A stretch of DNA of 64,000 bases from Methanobacteriota archaeon (GTDB taxonomy: Archaea; Thermoplasmatota; Poseidoniia; Poseidoniales; Poseidoniaceae). The notes below the pieces were generated by a model. It worked only from the letters and a program-made list of their open reading frames with translations, was not told the origin of the DNA and searched no databases. Location: contig PBTH01000062.1 of assembly GCA_002726495.1 (NCBI GenBank), positions 9,239 through 73,238 on the forward strand, given 5' to 3'. Positions 38,139 through 47,430 of this stretch are shown piece by piece; positions within the stretch are counted from its first letter, which is position 1; every line of letters starts with the position of its first letter. The translations under genes and the position numbers were made by a program.

Positions 38139-39674
38139 CTACAATGAGCCGCCGAAGATGTTGTAAATCATCAGCAAAAATGAAGCAGACAAGCCAATTC
38201 CACCAAAAATATATGCAACAAAAGACCCTGTTGTTCGTAGCCATTGGCGGAATTCAGAACGAACTCGGACATTGATTTGACGGCCAAGCAATAATTCCCC
38301 ATTTGTTTCCTCAAGACGAACTGAGACCGTTGCATCGCCATGGGTGATTGGAATCAGTGTCTGCCAGGAAACAGTGCTGTCTTTTAGGAGGCCAGACATC
38401 TTCCCTAGAACATCCTCGTTTCCCTTGGCTGCAAGCGGAAGTGCTTCGTTTGACCACCAGTATTTCTGGCCAGGTTCAAGCCGATATGTGAGTGCGAGGT
38501 CCTTTGGTTGGAAATTCGGTGTTTGAATCCGGAATACCACCGTTCGCGTCTCCTTAGAAAGATTGTGAAACAATGTAAACAAGTTCGCTTTATCAGTCAC
38601 TACATTTTCCATATCAACTTCAAAGATTAAATCATCCATGGCGGGAGAACGACCGGATTCAAGATCTTGCTTCAAACGGTCAACCATTCTAAAGAAGGCG
38701 GGGCATGTTTGAGAAATGATTCCAATGAGTACAAGCCACACCTCAAGCGTGAACACCTCATGTGAAAATACAAAATCCATGCCATTCTTGTTTAGAATTT
38801 CGGCTAATTCCGATTCCAACGTCTTCCGGTCAAGACCGGTTGCATGGCGATAAATGGTCATAAGGAATTTTTCATGAGCAAAATGTGAGTCGATTGTTTT
38901 CTTAAATCCGGATTCTAATTCCTTAAGATAATCATCGTACTGAGACCTTAGGAGAGGGTCCATATGGGTTTTAAGAAGGTCATTGAAGACCATGTTCAAC
39001 GTCGATGGATGCACCGGTGGTGAATAGGCAGACAAAAGCCCCGTTCTGTCAACCATATTAAACGGAGTAGAGCGAGTAGGCAGATGCTGCCCTACAGAGA
39101 GAATCAAGAAAGAAGAAGATGCCAACAAGAATAATTTACCAAGAACAGAATCGGTTTCCAAATAAAGTACTATGAGCAACATGAAAGCCGACGATACTGC
39201 AAAGATCAACGACCTCGTATGGTGTGTCATCGAACTTTCAAGTTGGAACAGAAGCCCATCATAGCCATGAAGCGATTGAACCGAACGATGCTCATTGTTC
39301 GATGCTTCGACTTGTTTATGGAATTCAATAAGAGAGATCCCTACTCTGTATCGGTGAAAGCCGACTGCAAGAATGAAACCAAGTACTACCACGAATGACA
39401 AACTCGCCATAGCTGTGGAGAAACTCAAGCCCACATTGGGTTCAATATTTTTGGCCCACCACGAAGGGGAATCTTGAGAAAAGGCCCACGTAGCGAAATA
39501 TGTGAAGGCAGCAAATGCTGGAAGGAACATAATCAGTCGGAGTCCGGAACTGACGATTTGCCGGTCAATAGCATGGATAATTGATTCAGAAGGACGGAAC
39601 CCAAATCGGCTCTTTGATTCACTAGAGTCTTCTGGCTCCGAGGAGGAATCCAAGACTTCATCTACCTCTGCCAT
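38139..39674 (-). CDS. hypothetical membrane protein
   Basis: Acidic N-terminus, about 4-5 TM helices in the first 210 aa, a soluble middle domain and a C-terminal TM. No motif. Confidence 0.55.
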   Translation of the reverse strand: MAEVDEVLDSSSEPEDSSESKSRFGFRPSESIIHAIDRQIVSSGLRLIMFLPAFAAFTYFATWAFSQDSPSWWAKNIEPNVGLSFSTAMASLSFVVVLGFILAVGFHRYRVGISLIEFHKQVEASNNEHRSVQSLHGYDGLLFQLESSMTHHTRSLIFAVSSAFMLLIVLYLETDSVLGKLFLLASSSFLILSVGQHLPTRSTPFNMVDRTGLLSAYSPPVHPSTLNMVFNDLLKTHMDPLLRSQYDDYLKELESGFKKTIDSHFAHEKFLMTIYRHATGLDRKTLESELAEILNKNGMDFVFSHEVFTLEVWLVLIGIISQTCPAFFRMVDRLKQDLESGRSPAMDDLIFEVDMENVVTDKANLFTLFHNLSKETRTVVFRIQTPNFQPKDLALTYRLEPGQKYWWSNEALPLAAKGNEDVLGKMSGLLKDSTVSWQTLIPITHGDATVSVRLEETNGELLLGRQINVRVRSEFRQWLRTTGSFVAYIFGGIGLSASFLLMIYNIFGGSL

Positions 39675-39713
39675 GACAACTGATGGTCAAGCCCTGTTCT
39701 AAAGTGTTCACAC

Positions 39714-40376
39714 CTATTCGGTTGATAATTGAACGAAAATTGCCGATGCCCATTCCTCCGAAACCAAAAGTTCTCGGTCATCAATGAAGAATCGCCCGCT
39801 GTAATCACGCCGTACTTCTGAACCGATGGAAAGGCCGTTCGCTTCAAATCCATCAACGATCTTCTGTGGCAGAAGGATGGTCATGACTGAACCCCTCTTA
39901 TTATCCCCCATACCTTGAAGTGAAACTGCCCCTAAATTCCCCGAAATACGCTGTTCTATATCTTCAGTAGGAGCGGGAATTGGCCTCCCACTTGGGTCCT
40001 CAGTCACCCCGCCCATCAATAGGGATAGAGCTACTTCCAAATCATCATCTATTGCATGTTCGAGCCTGCATGCTGTTTCATGAGCATTACCGTTGTATGG
40101 TAGGACCTCAAGAAGAAGTTCAGCAAGACGATGGCGTCGCTTCATTTTCTGACCATGAGTCAATCCATCCTCGGTCAAAATTGCCCCTTTGTATGGAATG
40201 TATTCAATAAAACCCCTTGCAGCGAGACGTTGAATCATTTCCGTTGCGGAAGCTGGTGCAACACCAAGTCGCGATGCGAGATCACCAGTGCGAACCCTTT
40301 GATTCGGATCCTGCTCATAGAATTCATACATCGTTTCAAGGTATTCATCCTCAAACTCCTGGAAATGGCCAACCAT
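39714..40376 (-). CDS. DtxR/MntR-family metal-dependent transcriptional repressor
   Basis: Winged-helix segment (DLASRLGVAPASATEMIQRLAARGFIEY), a dimerisation/metal-site region (HRLAELLL...ETACRLEH) and a C-terminal SH3/FeoA-like extension. Confidence 0.85.
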   Translation of the reverse strand: MVGHFQEFEDEYLETMYEFYEQDPNQRVRTGDLASRLGVAPASATEMIQRLAARGFIEYIPYKGAILTEDGLTHGQKMKRRHRLAELLLEVLPYNGNAHETACRLEHAIDDDLEVALSLLMGGVTEDPSGRPIPAPTEDIEQRISGNLGAVSLQGMGDNKRGSVMTILLPQKIVDGFEANGLSIGSEVRRDYSGRFFIDDRELLVSEEWASAIFVQLSTE

Positions 40377-40396
40377 ATGAATACGCCTCGGGTTTA

Positions 40397-42913
40397 CTAC
40401 CCATCCTCTGCCTTGAAAACTTTACTACAAGCGGGACATCTCACCGAACCGCCATAAGACTCTGGAATTCGAAGTGTTTGAGAGCAATCTGGACAGGATA
40501 TCTCAATTTTTCCATCCTTAGATTTCTTTGACTCTGATGAAGTTTGAGCTTCGGTTGTTGAAGTTGAATCCGGTTCTTCTTGCTCGGGGACTTGAGCCTC
40601 AACCTCAAATTTAGTTGAGCAATCTGGACAGCCAACTGAACCCGAATAATCGGATGGAACTCGAAGCCTTCGGTCACACTCAGGACATTGTACCTCAATC
40701 TTCTCTTGACTGGGGGAGGAAGAGGCTTTCTTACGTGGCGAAGATGGTTTTTGGACGCTTGACGAACCTTCAACACGATTCATGCGAATACGCAACACAA
40801 GTGATACGACTAAACCTCCAACCAGACCCCATATGATGGCACCTACTGGCATTGATTCGGATTCGCCCTCCAAAGGCTCGCCTGAAACATAGGATTCTTG
40901 GTCTGAAACCATGGTCCCATCGATCGACCAAACCGCTTGAATCACAACATTGGAACCTTTAGGCCATACCAAATCCATTTCTACGCTAAGGGACTGAGAT
41001 GAGCCCCAACTTGGCGATGCAGTCGATGAAAGAATCTCATCGTATTCATTCTTCAGGATGAGGTTGCCAACACTCGTTGAAATCGGACCGGACTGATGAA
41101 GTGTCAATTTGATGGTAGCTGTATCACCTTGTGCAGGTAAAATAGGCTGGGGAATGTCCTCCATTTCGACCCAATATACCGTTCTCTCTTCAGGAACATT
41201 GACAGATACTGATAGCGCACCTGGCCCAATTGACCAATCTTCCGCTGATATCTTCAAAACTATTTTTTCAGCATTAACTTGTCCAAATGACATTTGTTCA
41301 GTATGGATGCCCTGCTCAAGAAATTTGACATATTCAAAGAGGTACACCGTTGTATCGGATGTTTCATACCCTAATTGAACCAAAACATCTCGAGGTTTGC
41401 CTTCGTCCAATTCATAAACGACCTCAAAAGATAATCCTGAATCTTGGGACCATACGACTTCATTGATAGTCAATCCAATTGATTGTTGTTCCATAACGGG
41501 CAAGGTGAAATTCCCCGCATTGACACCATCAATACTACCATCATCACTCTCGAGGGCCCATTCAAGCACATGTTCACCAGAATCAATGAAAAGGAAACTC
41601 GATGAAACTTCTCCGGCCTCACCGGATTTTAAGATGAGCCAATCACCCACTGACGGTTGGCTTGTGAGGTCTGATTGGTCAACAAGAACCATTCGTACCC
41701 TGCCTTCAAGGTCGCCAACATTACGAATCAGCATGTTTGCCCTCAATGAATCTCCCAGATGCCATGGACCTCCAGTTAAGGAGGGCGTTACTGAACCTGC
41801 GGAGGCAAAGGAGGCTGATTCCATATTGGCTGTGATGAGGATCGGAAGTGTCGATTGGGCCCCGATTCGGCCCTCTGAAAGACTGCAGTTAACGGTCACA
41901 GGTTTCGCAGTCATTGAAAATTCCCATGTGAAATTAGAACCAGCTGGTATGGCTTCAGTAGTTGTCAGTAAAACTTCATTTTGAGTGTTGCATTCGATGA
42001 TTCCGTTAAAATCAACAGTTCCATTGTTTGACACATTGAGGTGGAATACCAATAACTCACCAGCTACAATTGATTCTGAATTTGAAATTAAAGAAGTCAT
42101 AAGTTCAGGCAAAGGTGGGGCAAGGACAGACAATGTTCCGTTTCTCGAGTGCTGTCCGTTATTCTCTCCAAGCGTTCCATTAAGTTCATACGACCAGTTC
42201 ATCAAACCTTCCACGGCAGAAAAAGAGGTGGTGATGCTGGCATAAACGGACGACATGGCCTCTACAGAAAAATCCTCAAGAACAATTGATTCATTGTAAG
42301 GGCCGTTTTCAATCTCTACATTGATTGAGCCCGTCCAGTTGACATCCCCTTGATTTGAAACAGGCAGTTGAAGTTGGACATAATCTCCATCGTGAATCGA
42401 AAGATTACCCGTGATGGCCCCCAATGAATCAACACCCTGGGAGAGGATGCTACCTGCGGCCCCGAGTTCCAAAGAAAGGGGTCTTAATCTCTGGATGGTT
42501 CTAGAAAGGGAAAGTAAATGAGTTCCTGATTCAATTCCAACTTCACCTAAAAGTTCAACGTGTATTTCGCTAAATCCATAATCCAGTGAAGTCAAATTGA
42601 CCGTCACATTCCTTTGTTCGAGCGAACTCAGATTAAACATCTGAGATGGGAGTTGTTGAAGAACAACACCTTCAAGTGATTTGACGGACACATTCAGTTC
42701 AACATTAGCGTAACTTCCATCGGTTTCATGAAGTTCCAAAGTGAACGAATAATTTTCAGTTGAAAAGGTATCGTAATCGTAAATTCCAAAACTAACTTCG
42801 TCGATGACTCCTGAGCCATTCGTGGCATGAACAGAGGGCACTAATGACAGAAGAAGGAGCGTGACGAGGACGGCGGGAATCCGACTCCGAAATGCGCCGT
42901 TACCTCCGCCCAT
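40397..42913 (-). CDS. large surface protein with signal peptide, C-terminal TM anchor and cytoplasmic tail carrying two MJ0042-type zinc ribbons
   Basis: N-terminal signal (AVLVTLLLLSLVPSVHA), long beta-rich ectodomain, TM (AIIWGLVGGLVVSLVL), then the tail modules VQCPECDRRLRVPSDYSGSVGCPDCSTKFEV and ISCPDCSQTLRIPESYGGSVRCPACSKVFKA (CPxC...15...CPxC each). Confidence 0.8.
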   Translation of the reverse strand: MGGGNGAFRSRIPAVLVTLLLLSLVPSVHATNGSGVIDEVSFGIYDYDTFSTENYSFTLELHETDGSYANVELNVSVKSLEGVVLQQLPSQMFNLSSLEQRNVTVNLTSLDYGFSEIHVELLGEVGIESGTHLLSLSRTIQRLRPLSLELGAAGSILSQGVDSLGAITGNLSIHDGDYVQLQLPVSNQGDVNWTGSINVEIENGPYNESIVLEDFSVEAMSSVYASITTSFSAVEGLMNWSYELNGTLGENNGQHSRNGTLSVLAPPLPELMTSLISNSESIVAGELLVFHLNVSNNGTVDFNGIIECNTQNEVLLTTTEAIPAGSNFTWEFSMTAKPVTVNCSLSEGRIGAQSTLPILITANMESASFASAGSVTPSLTGGPWHLGDSLRANMLIRNVGDLEGRVRMVLVDQSDLTSQPSVGDWLILKSGEAGEVSSSFLFIDSGEHVLEWALESDDGSIDGVNAGNFTLPVMEQQSIGLTINEVVWSQDSGLSFEVVYELDEGKPRDVLVQLGYETSDTTVYLFEYVKFLEQGIHTEQMSFGQVNAEKIVLKISAEDWSIGPGALSVSVNVPEERTVYWVEMEDIPQPILPAQGDTATIKLTLHQSGPISTSVGNLILKNEYDEILSSTASPSWGSSQSLSVEMDLVWPKGSNVVIQAVWSIDGTMVSDQESYVSGEPLEGESESMPVGAIIWGLVGGLVVSLVLRIRMNRVEGSSSVQKPSSPRKKASSSPSQEKIEVQCPECDRRLRVPSDYSGSVGCPDCSTKFEVEAQVPEQEEPDSTSTTEAQTSSESKKSKDGKIEISCPDCSQTLRIPESYGGSVRCPACSKVFKAEDG

Positions 42914-43004
42914 GGTGCTTGTTGTTTGAAGGGGTTCTTCACCTTCACGCTGAAAGAAGTTGTGAGGGCATGTTTATTCAACATTGAACTGCCCCCCGTA
43001 ATCA

Positions 43005-43520
43005 ATGCAGGACGAACGTTTGTTGGAAGTGAGTCCCGAATTCTTGGTTCGGGCCATTCTTCATCGCCGTCAACGGCTTGCAGAAATGATTCCAAAACAG
43101 CTTGAATCTCGCAAAGATGAGAAGGAAATTGCAGAGGCATTGGCAAGAGATGCTAAACAACGTAGAGACGAGATCAAAACAAACCTGGACGAATTCTCTA
43201 AACAACTGAAAAAACTCGACGAGGGCAGCCCCCAACACGAAAAAATGCTTGTTGAGCGGGATACATTCATTCAGGAGGCTCAAAAATCCGAGCATGAGTA
43301 TCTAGAAAATGAACTCTTCAGAAGAAGGAGCGATTCCAGAACCAAGCGACTCACACATGCACTGAACGATTGTGAACGTTCGATTGAATACTGGGAAGGA
43401 GTGCTTGATAATGGATTTGAAGAGCTCCTTGTCGATGCTACACGGGTCAAACAAGGAGGACCCTCAAGTTATGCTCTATCAAAAGGAGCAAAACCTGAAA
43501 GGAGGTTGAAAAATGAGTGA
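43005..43520 (+). CDS. hypothetical coiled-coil protein
   Basis: 171 aa, charged and helical. Its stop overlaps the next gene's start by 8 nt (operon). Confidence 0.5.
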   Translation: MQDERLLEVSPEFLVRAILHRRQRLAEMIPKQLESRKDEKEIAEALARDAKQRRDEIKTNLDEFSKQLKKLDEGSPQHEKMLVERDTFIQEAQKSEHEYLENELFRRRSDSRTKRLTHALNDCERSIEYWEGVLDNGFEELLVDATRVKQGGPSSYALSKGAKPERRLKNE

Positions 43521-45534
43521 GAAACCATGCCCTCACACAGGCTTTTCATCATCCCAACAAAAGCAGTGGCCACTTCTTCATTCCCAATTGCTGGGAACTC
43601 TTGAACTTGAAGGAATAGAATCCATTTCAGAATCATATCTGAAACAACTCTCCGAAGAGATTTCCTCTACGATTCAGAATTCCGCAATGAGCAGGGAAGA
43701 AACAAAGGCCCGTGAGCGAATCTATCAACATCTCAAACACAATATTGAACACAAACTTGCAGGCAGTAAACTCCACGCCTTTGGCTCAACTCAGTCTCAA
43801 ACCTCATTGGGTGTCGGAGATCTTGACCTTTGTCTTGTTGTTAATGGCCCATCTCCAAGAAAAATCCTCAACAAAATACGAAACATTTTGACCGAACTTG
43901 AAATGAATGAAATTGAGGTTATTGGCCGTGCGAAAGTACCCATTATCAAATTCAAAGAACCCGAAACCGGACTGCCTATCGACATCTCTGTCAACAATGA
44001 GCTTGCACTTTACAATACTGAACTTATTCGGTCATATGCAGATACTCATCCGATGGTCCGCAATGCTGTTCTAACCGTGAAATTCTGGGCATCTTCTCGC
44101 GGTATCAATCAGGCCTTTATGGGGACCTTGTCTTCATATGCATGGACGCTGATGGCATTGGCTGCCATGCAATTGGATCCAAAGGTCCAACTGCCAAACC
44201 TGCAAAAAAACGCTGACAAAAACATCATCCGTTTGGACGAAGAATACGATGTAGGATACAATTCAGAATCCAATTTTGAATGGAATCCTGAACTGGACCT
44301 GGCCACATCTTTTGTCGCTTTTATTCACCGATTTGTATTTGATTGGCCATTTGAAGAAGATGTTATCTCAATACGCAACGGCGGAACGCTCTCTCGCAAA
44401 GATAAGAATTGGAATCAAGGTGAGCCAGAAGCATTTGATCTGCTTCCAGACTCTCTTGACCGAAGACTTGGCCTGCATTCCATGCCGATTGAAGACCCAT
44501 TTTCACTCAACCATGATTTAGGCCGTGTATTGAGGCCGTCAGGCTATCTCACAATTAGAGAAGAATTCCTCAAGGCATGGCTCGGTTTGCTAAAATCCGA
44601 ACCGTGGTCAGAACTTTCCAAAAAGGAGAATGTAAGTGTAATCGAAGAATTTGATTTGTTTGAAGACTTACGACCACGAGCAATGGATGAAGTCCATGCG
44701 CTGCATCAAGAAGTACTTGACAATCTTTCCCGAGTTGAGGAAGAAGGGAGAACCTTTAGCGCACAACGTAAATCCATCAGTCAAGCCATTCAGTTTGCCT
44801 TGGGCAAGAGGGATACTCCACCTCAAGGTTCAATCGGCCCAGAAGATGACCGCTCTGAAGAAATCAATGATTCTAAATCACAACTGGACGATTTGACCTC
44901 CCAAAGGGATGAATTGGTAGGCAACATTGTCATCTCATCTCCAAAGATATCCGAAACACTTCGACAAACATTTGATCGGATTACGGAACAATTGGATGTG
45001 ATGAACATCCCTTCATTGGAACGTGAACAAGAGCTTGCATCCCTCTTTTTAGAACTTCAAAGCATGCATCCAATCGGTAAAGAAGTTGACCGATTGAATC
45101 GAGAAATCCATCTCATAAAGAAGCCACTTCATGGCAACATCAAACACCTCAACAAAGCCGAAAAGAAAATGAAACGTTCACTGCGAACCAATAAGAAAGA
45201 AGCCAAAAAATTACGTCGTGAAAAAGGCCGCCTTGAATCGTGGATTCGTATCAAAAATGGACCGAAAAAACCACGAAAAAACGACAGGCAGCGTGGAAGA
45301 AAACATCGGGGACCAAAACCAAGTGATGTCAAAAAGAAAATGGATTCTGGTGAATCGCTTTCTATGGAAGATCTCAGTGCGTTATTACAGCATGGAGGTG
45401 TCCTCAATATGGACGCAAAGAACGGTAACTCTCGCCAGGGTAAGCGGAAAAATAAGGGCAAAAACAACTCTTCTAATCACCAAGTCAAGCGTGGTAAGCG
45501 AGGAAAAGGCAAGCACAATCAACGAAGGGATTGA
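43513..45534 (+). CDS. Cid1/GLD-2/Trf4-family nucleotidyltransferase (non-canonical poly(A) polymerase / terminal uridylyltransferase-like) with PAP-associated domain and basic C-terminal tail
   Basis: Pol-beta NTase catalytic motif LHAFGSTQSQTSLGVGDLDLCLVV (GS...DxD) with the third Asp in IDISV. PAP-associated-domain hallmarks: AKVPIIKF...GLPIDISVNNELALYNTELIRSYADTHPMVRNAVLTVKFWASSRGIN...GTLSSYAWTLMALAAMQ and IEDPFSLNHDLGRVL. The C-terminal roughly 150 aa are Lys/Arg-rich (KKPRKNDRQRGRKHRGPKP...KRGKRGKGKHNQRRD). Confidence 0.75.
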   Translation: MSEKPCPHTGFSSSQQKQWPLLHSQLLGTLELEGIESISESYLKQLSEEISSTIQNSAMSREETKARERIYQHLKHNIEHKLAGSKLHAFGSTQSQTSLGVGDLDLCLVVNGPSPRKILNKIRNILTELEMNEIEVIGRAKVPIIKFKEPETGLPIDISVNNELALYNTELIRSYADTHPMVRNAVLTVKFWASSRGINQAFMGTLSSYAWTLMALAAMQLDPKVQLPNLQKNADKNIIRLDEEYDVGYNSESNFEWNPELDLATSFVAFIHRFVFDWPFEEDVISIRNGGTLSRKDKNWNQGEPEAFDLLPDSLDRRLGLHSMPIEDPFSLNHDLGRVLRPSGYLTIREEFLKAWLGLLKSEPWSELSKKENVSVIEEFDLFEDLRPRAMDEVHALHQEVLDNLSRVEEEGRTFSAQRKSISQAIQFALGKRDTPPQGSIGPEDDRSEEINDSKSQLDDLTSQRDELVGNIVISSPKISETLRQTFDRITEQLDVMNIPSLEREQELASLFLELQSMHPIGKEVDRLNREIHLIKKPLHGNIKHLNKAEKKMKRSLRTNKKEAKKLRREKGRLESWIRIKNGPKKPRKNDRQRGRKHRGPKPSDVKKKMDSGESLSMEDLSALLQHGGVLNMDAKNGNSRQGKRKNKGKNNSSNHQVKRGKRGKGKHNQRRD

Positions 45535-46028
45535 GGTATTTGAAATCGGTCATCTGGCAGCAAGGTATTGAACCAAAAAACATGACATATGCTGCTTGTA
45601 ATCAAGTGCTTACATTGTTTTTTGACGAGACCGGTGAACGTTATACTGAGACCTCAGTTCGCCACCTACCTATTCCCAATTGGAGTGGAAACTTAATTCT
45701 CACAAATCCTTCAGGTGACGACCCCACAAAAATCCTCGGCGTACTGTGGGCAACACCCTTCAAGGATGACATCGTACGCGTGGCTGCTTTCGTTATTCAC
45801 TCCGAGTTCCAAGGCGTTGGCCTGGGAAGTTTGGCTTGGAACCGGTTTGTTGAGGCTGCATTGGATGCGGGTTATCGCCGTGTACAATTGGAAGTAATGG
45901 CTAGCAATATTGACGCTCAACGATTCTATCAGCGTAGGGGCATGGCGGTTGAAAAGCATCTTGAAGGCTACTACAAGTCTGGATTGGGCTACATGATGCG
46001 TGGACCACTACAATCTGTTAATGAATAA
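45531..46028 (+). CDS. GNAT-family N-acetyltransferase
   Basis: Acetyl-CoA binding motif A (VIHSEFQGVGLGSLA) and motif B (RRVQLEVMASNIDAQRFYQRRG). Start overlaps the stop of the preceding gene (ATGA). Confidence 0.7.
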   Translation: MRYLKSVIWQQGIEPKNMTYAACNQVLTLFFDETGERYTETSVRHLPIPNWSGNLILTNPSGDDPTKILGVLWATPFKDDIVRVAAFVIHSEFQGVGLGSLAWNRFVEAALDAGYRRVQLEVMASNIDAQRFYQRRGMAVEKHLEGYYKSGLGYMMRGPLQSVNE

Positions 46029-46065
46029 CTGAAAGTATTATTTTCCCGCCGCCTAAAGACGCTCC

Positions 46066-46383
46066 ATGCTCGAACGAACGATGGCTCCTCTGGTCAAGAT
46101 CCCCGGAGTCCGAAGTGTCGCATTGTTTGAAGGAGATGGATTTGTCATCTACCGCTCCCATGAGGATGCAACAAATCACGACAACCAAATGGGCCATTGG
46201 ACCACTTCATTGGAGGCATCGGCTCACTCAGAGCAACTTACCTTTATTCTTGAAGACGGAACGGTGATGTTGCGAAGAGGGAAACGGCTCAATATGACCG
46301 TTCACTGTGCGCCCAACACAAATCTTGGCGAGGTCCGTAAAACACTGGAATCCTGTCATAATCTTCTTCACAATTTGAACTAG
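46066..46383 (+). CDS. Roadblock/LC7 (MglB-like) domain protein
   Basis: 105 aa with the pattern KIPGVRSVALFEGDGFVI...LTFILEDGTVMLRR..RLNMTVHC, consistent with the Roadblock/LC7 alpha-beta-alpha sandwich. The call is made on length and pattern only. Confidence 0.45.
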   Translation: MLERTMAPLVKIPGVRSVALFEGDGFVIYRSHEDATNHDNQMGHWTTSLEASAHSEQLTFILEDGTVMLRRGKRLNMTVHCAPNTNLGEVRKTLESCHNLLHNLN

Positions 46384-46489
46384 TCCGCACATCATCTGCG
46401 TGTACGAGCCCATGAAGGGTTAAATGGGGGAGCAAGGTCCCCGTGGATGCGGGAAGATGGGAATCTTCTCCGACCAGGTGAGATGAACA

Positions 46490-47365
46490 ATGGCAGAACT
46501 CAAAGATCTTCTGAATGAGCGAAGGAAAATGGTTGACGAAAAAGCCACGCATCACCGCGAAATTCGAGACGATTGGAATGAGAAAACCAAGGATTTCACC
46601 TCAACCCGTAATGAGCTCAACAACGAAGTTCGTGAATTGATTGTACAAGTTCGTGAACAACGTGAATTGCGCGATAACATGAACGAAATGGTTCGTGAAA
46701 AGAAAAAAGAGCGTGAAGAAGCAAACCAAATGGTTCGTGAGGCAAAGGAAACCATCCGTGGAAAGCAGCCAGACACGCCACCTCAACTTGACAAGCGCGG
46801 ACGACCGATCCGTCCGGACACCGTTCAATCATTGACACGAACCATGGAACGACTCGAGCGAGAGTTTGAGCAAGGAAAACACCAAGGAAAGAATGAGGTC
46901 AAGTACTTCAAAAAGATGAAGGAACTCAGTGCCAAGCGAAGAAAACTAAAGGACGCACAAACTGCTAGCGGGGAAACTGAAGGCAACGAATCCTTGCGAG
47001 AGGCTATGGCAAAGCAAGACGCTGCTCACAATTCAGTCAAGGAGGCTGCTGAGGCTGCTCAAAGCGCCCACGATTTGATGATTGAATGGAATTCAGAAGT
47101 TGACCGTCAACGAGAAAAGGCTGAAGCTGCTCACCGACGACTGCGAACTTCCAAAAAGGAAGCCGACAAGGAACACAGCCTCTACATTGTATCCCTACGA
47201 TGCTTGCACTCCATCCAAGACATCTTGCGTGCCATGCGTGGAGCAAGCGCCGGCCAAGGCCAACGCCCAACTGCAAACAATGAAACTCAGGATTTGATGG
47301 CGAAACTACTCTCTGGTGAAACGCTTTCGACAGAAGAATTGATGCAACTTCAGCGCTTTGATTGA
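46490..47365 (+). CDS. coiled-coil protein (COG1340-like), paralog of 37081..38079
   Basis: 291 aa, K/E/R-rich heptad repeats, with a C-terminal Gln/Ala tail. Confidence 0.55.
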   Translation: MAELKDLLNERRKMVDEKATHHREIRDDWNEKTKDFTSTRNELNNEVRELIVQVREQRELRDNMNEMVREKKKEREEANQMVREAKETIRGKQPDTPPQLDKRGRPIRPDTVQSLTRTMERLEREFEQGKHQGKNEVKYFKKMKELSAKRRKLKDAQTASGETEGNESLREAMAKQDAAHNSVKEAAEAAQSAHDLMIEWNSEVDRQREKAEAAHRRLRTSKKEADKEHSLYIVSLRCLHSIQDILRAMRGASAGQGQRPTANNETQDLMAKLLSGETLSTEELMQLQRFD

Positions 47366-47430
47366 AGAATGAAACGGGGAACACCTCAAAGACCCCCGTT
47401 CACAGCAATCAAACTAGCAAGGTGAGCCTG

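Noticed and set aside
43513-45534. Eukaryotic contamination as an explanation for the Cid1/GLD-2-like gene
   Set aside because: The gene overlaps its neighbours by 8 and 4 nt in a prokaryotic operon arrangement, has no introns, and shares the codon/GC texture of the flanking archaeal genes. Contamination cannot be fully excluded without read-level data.
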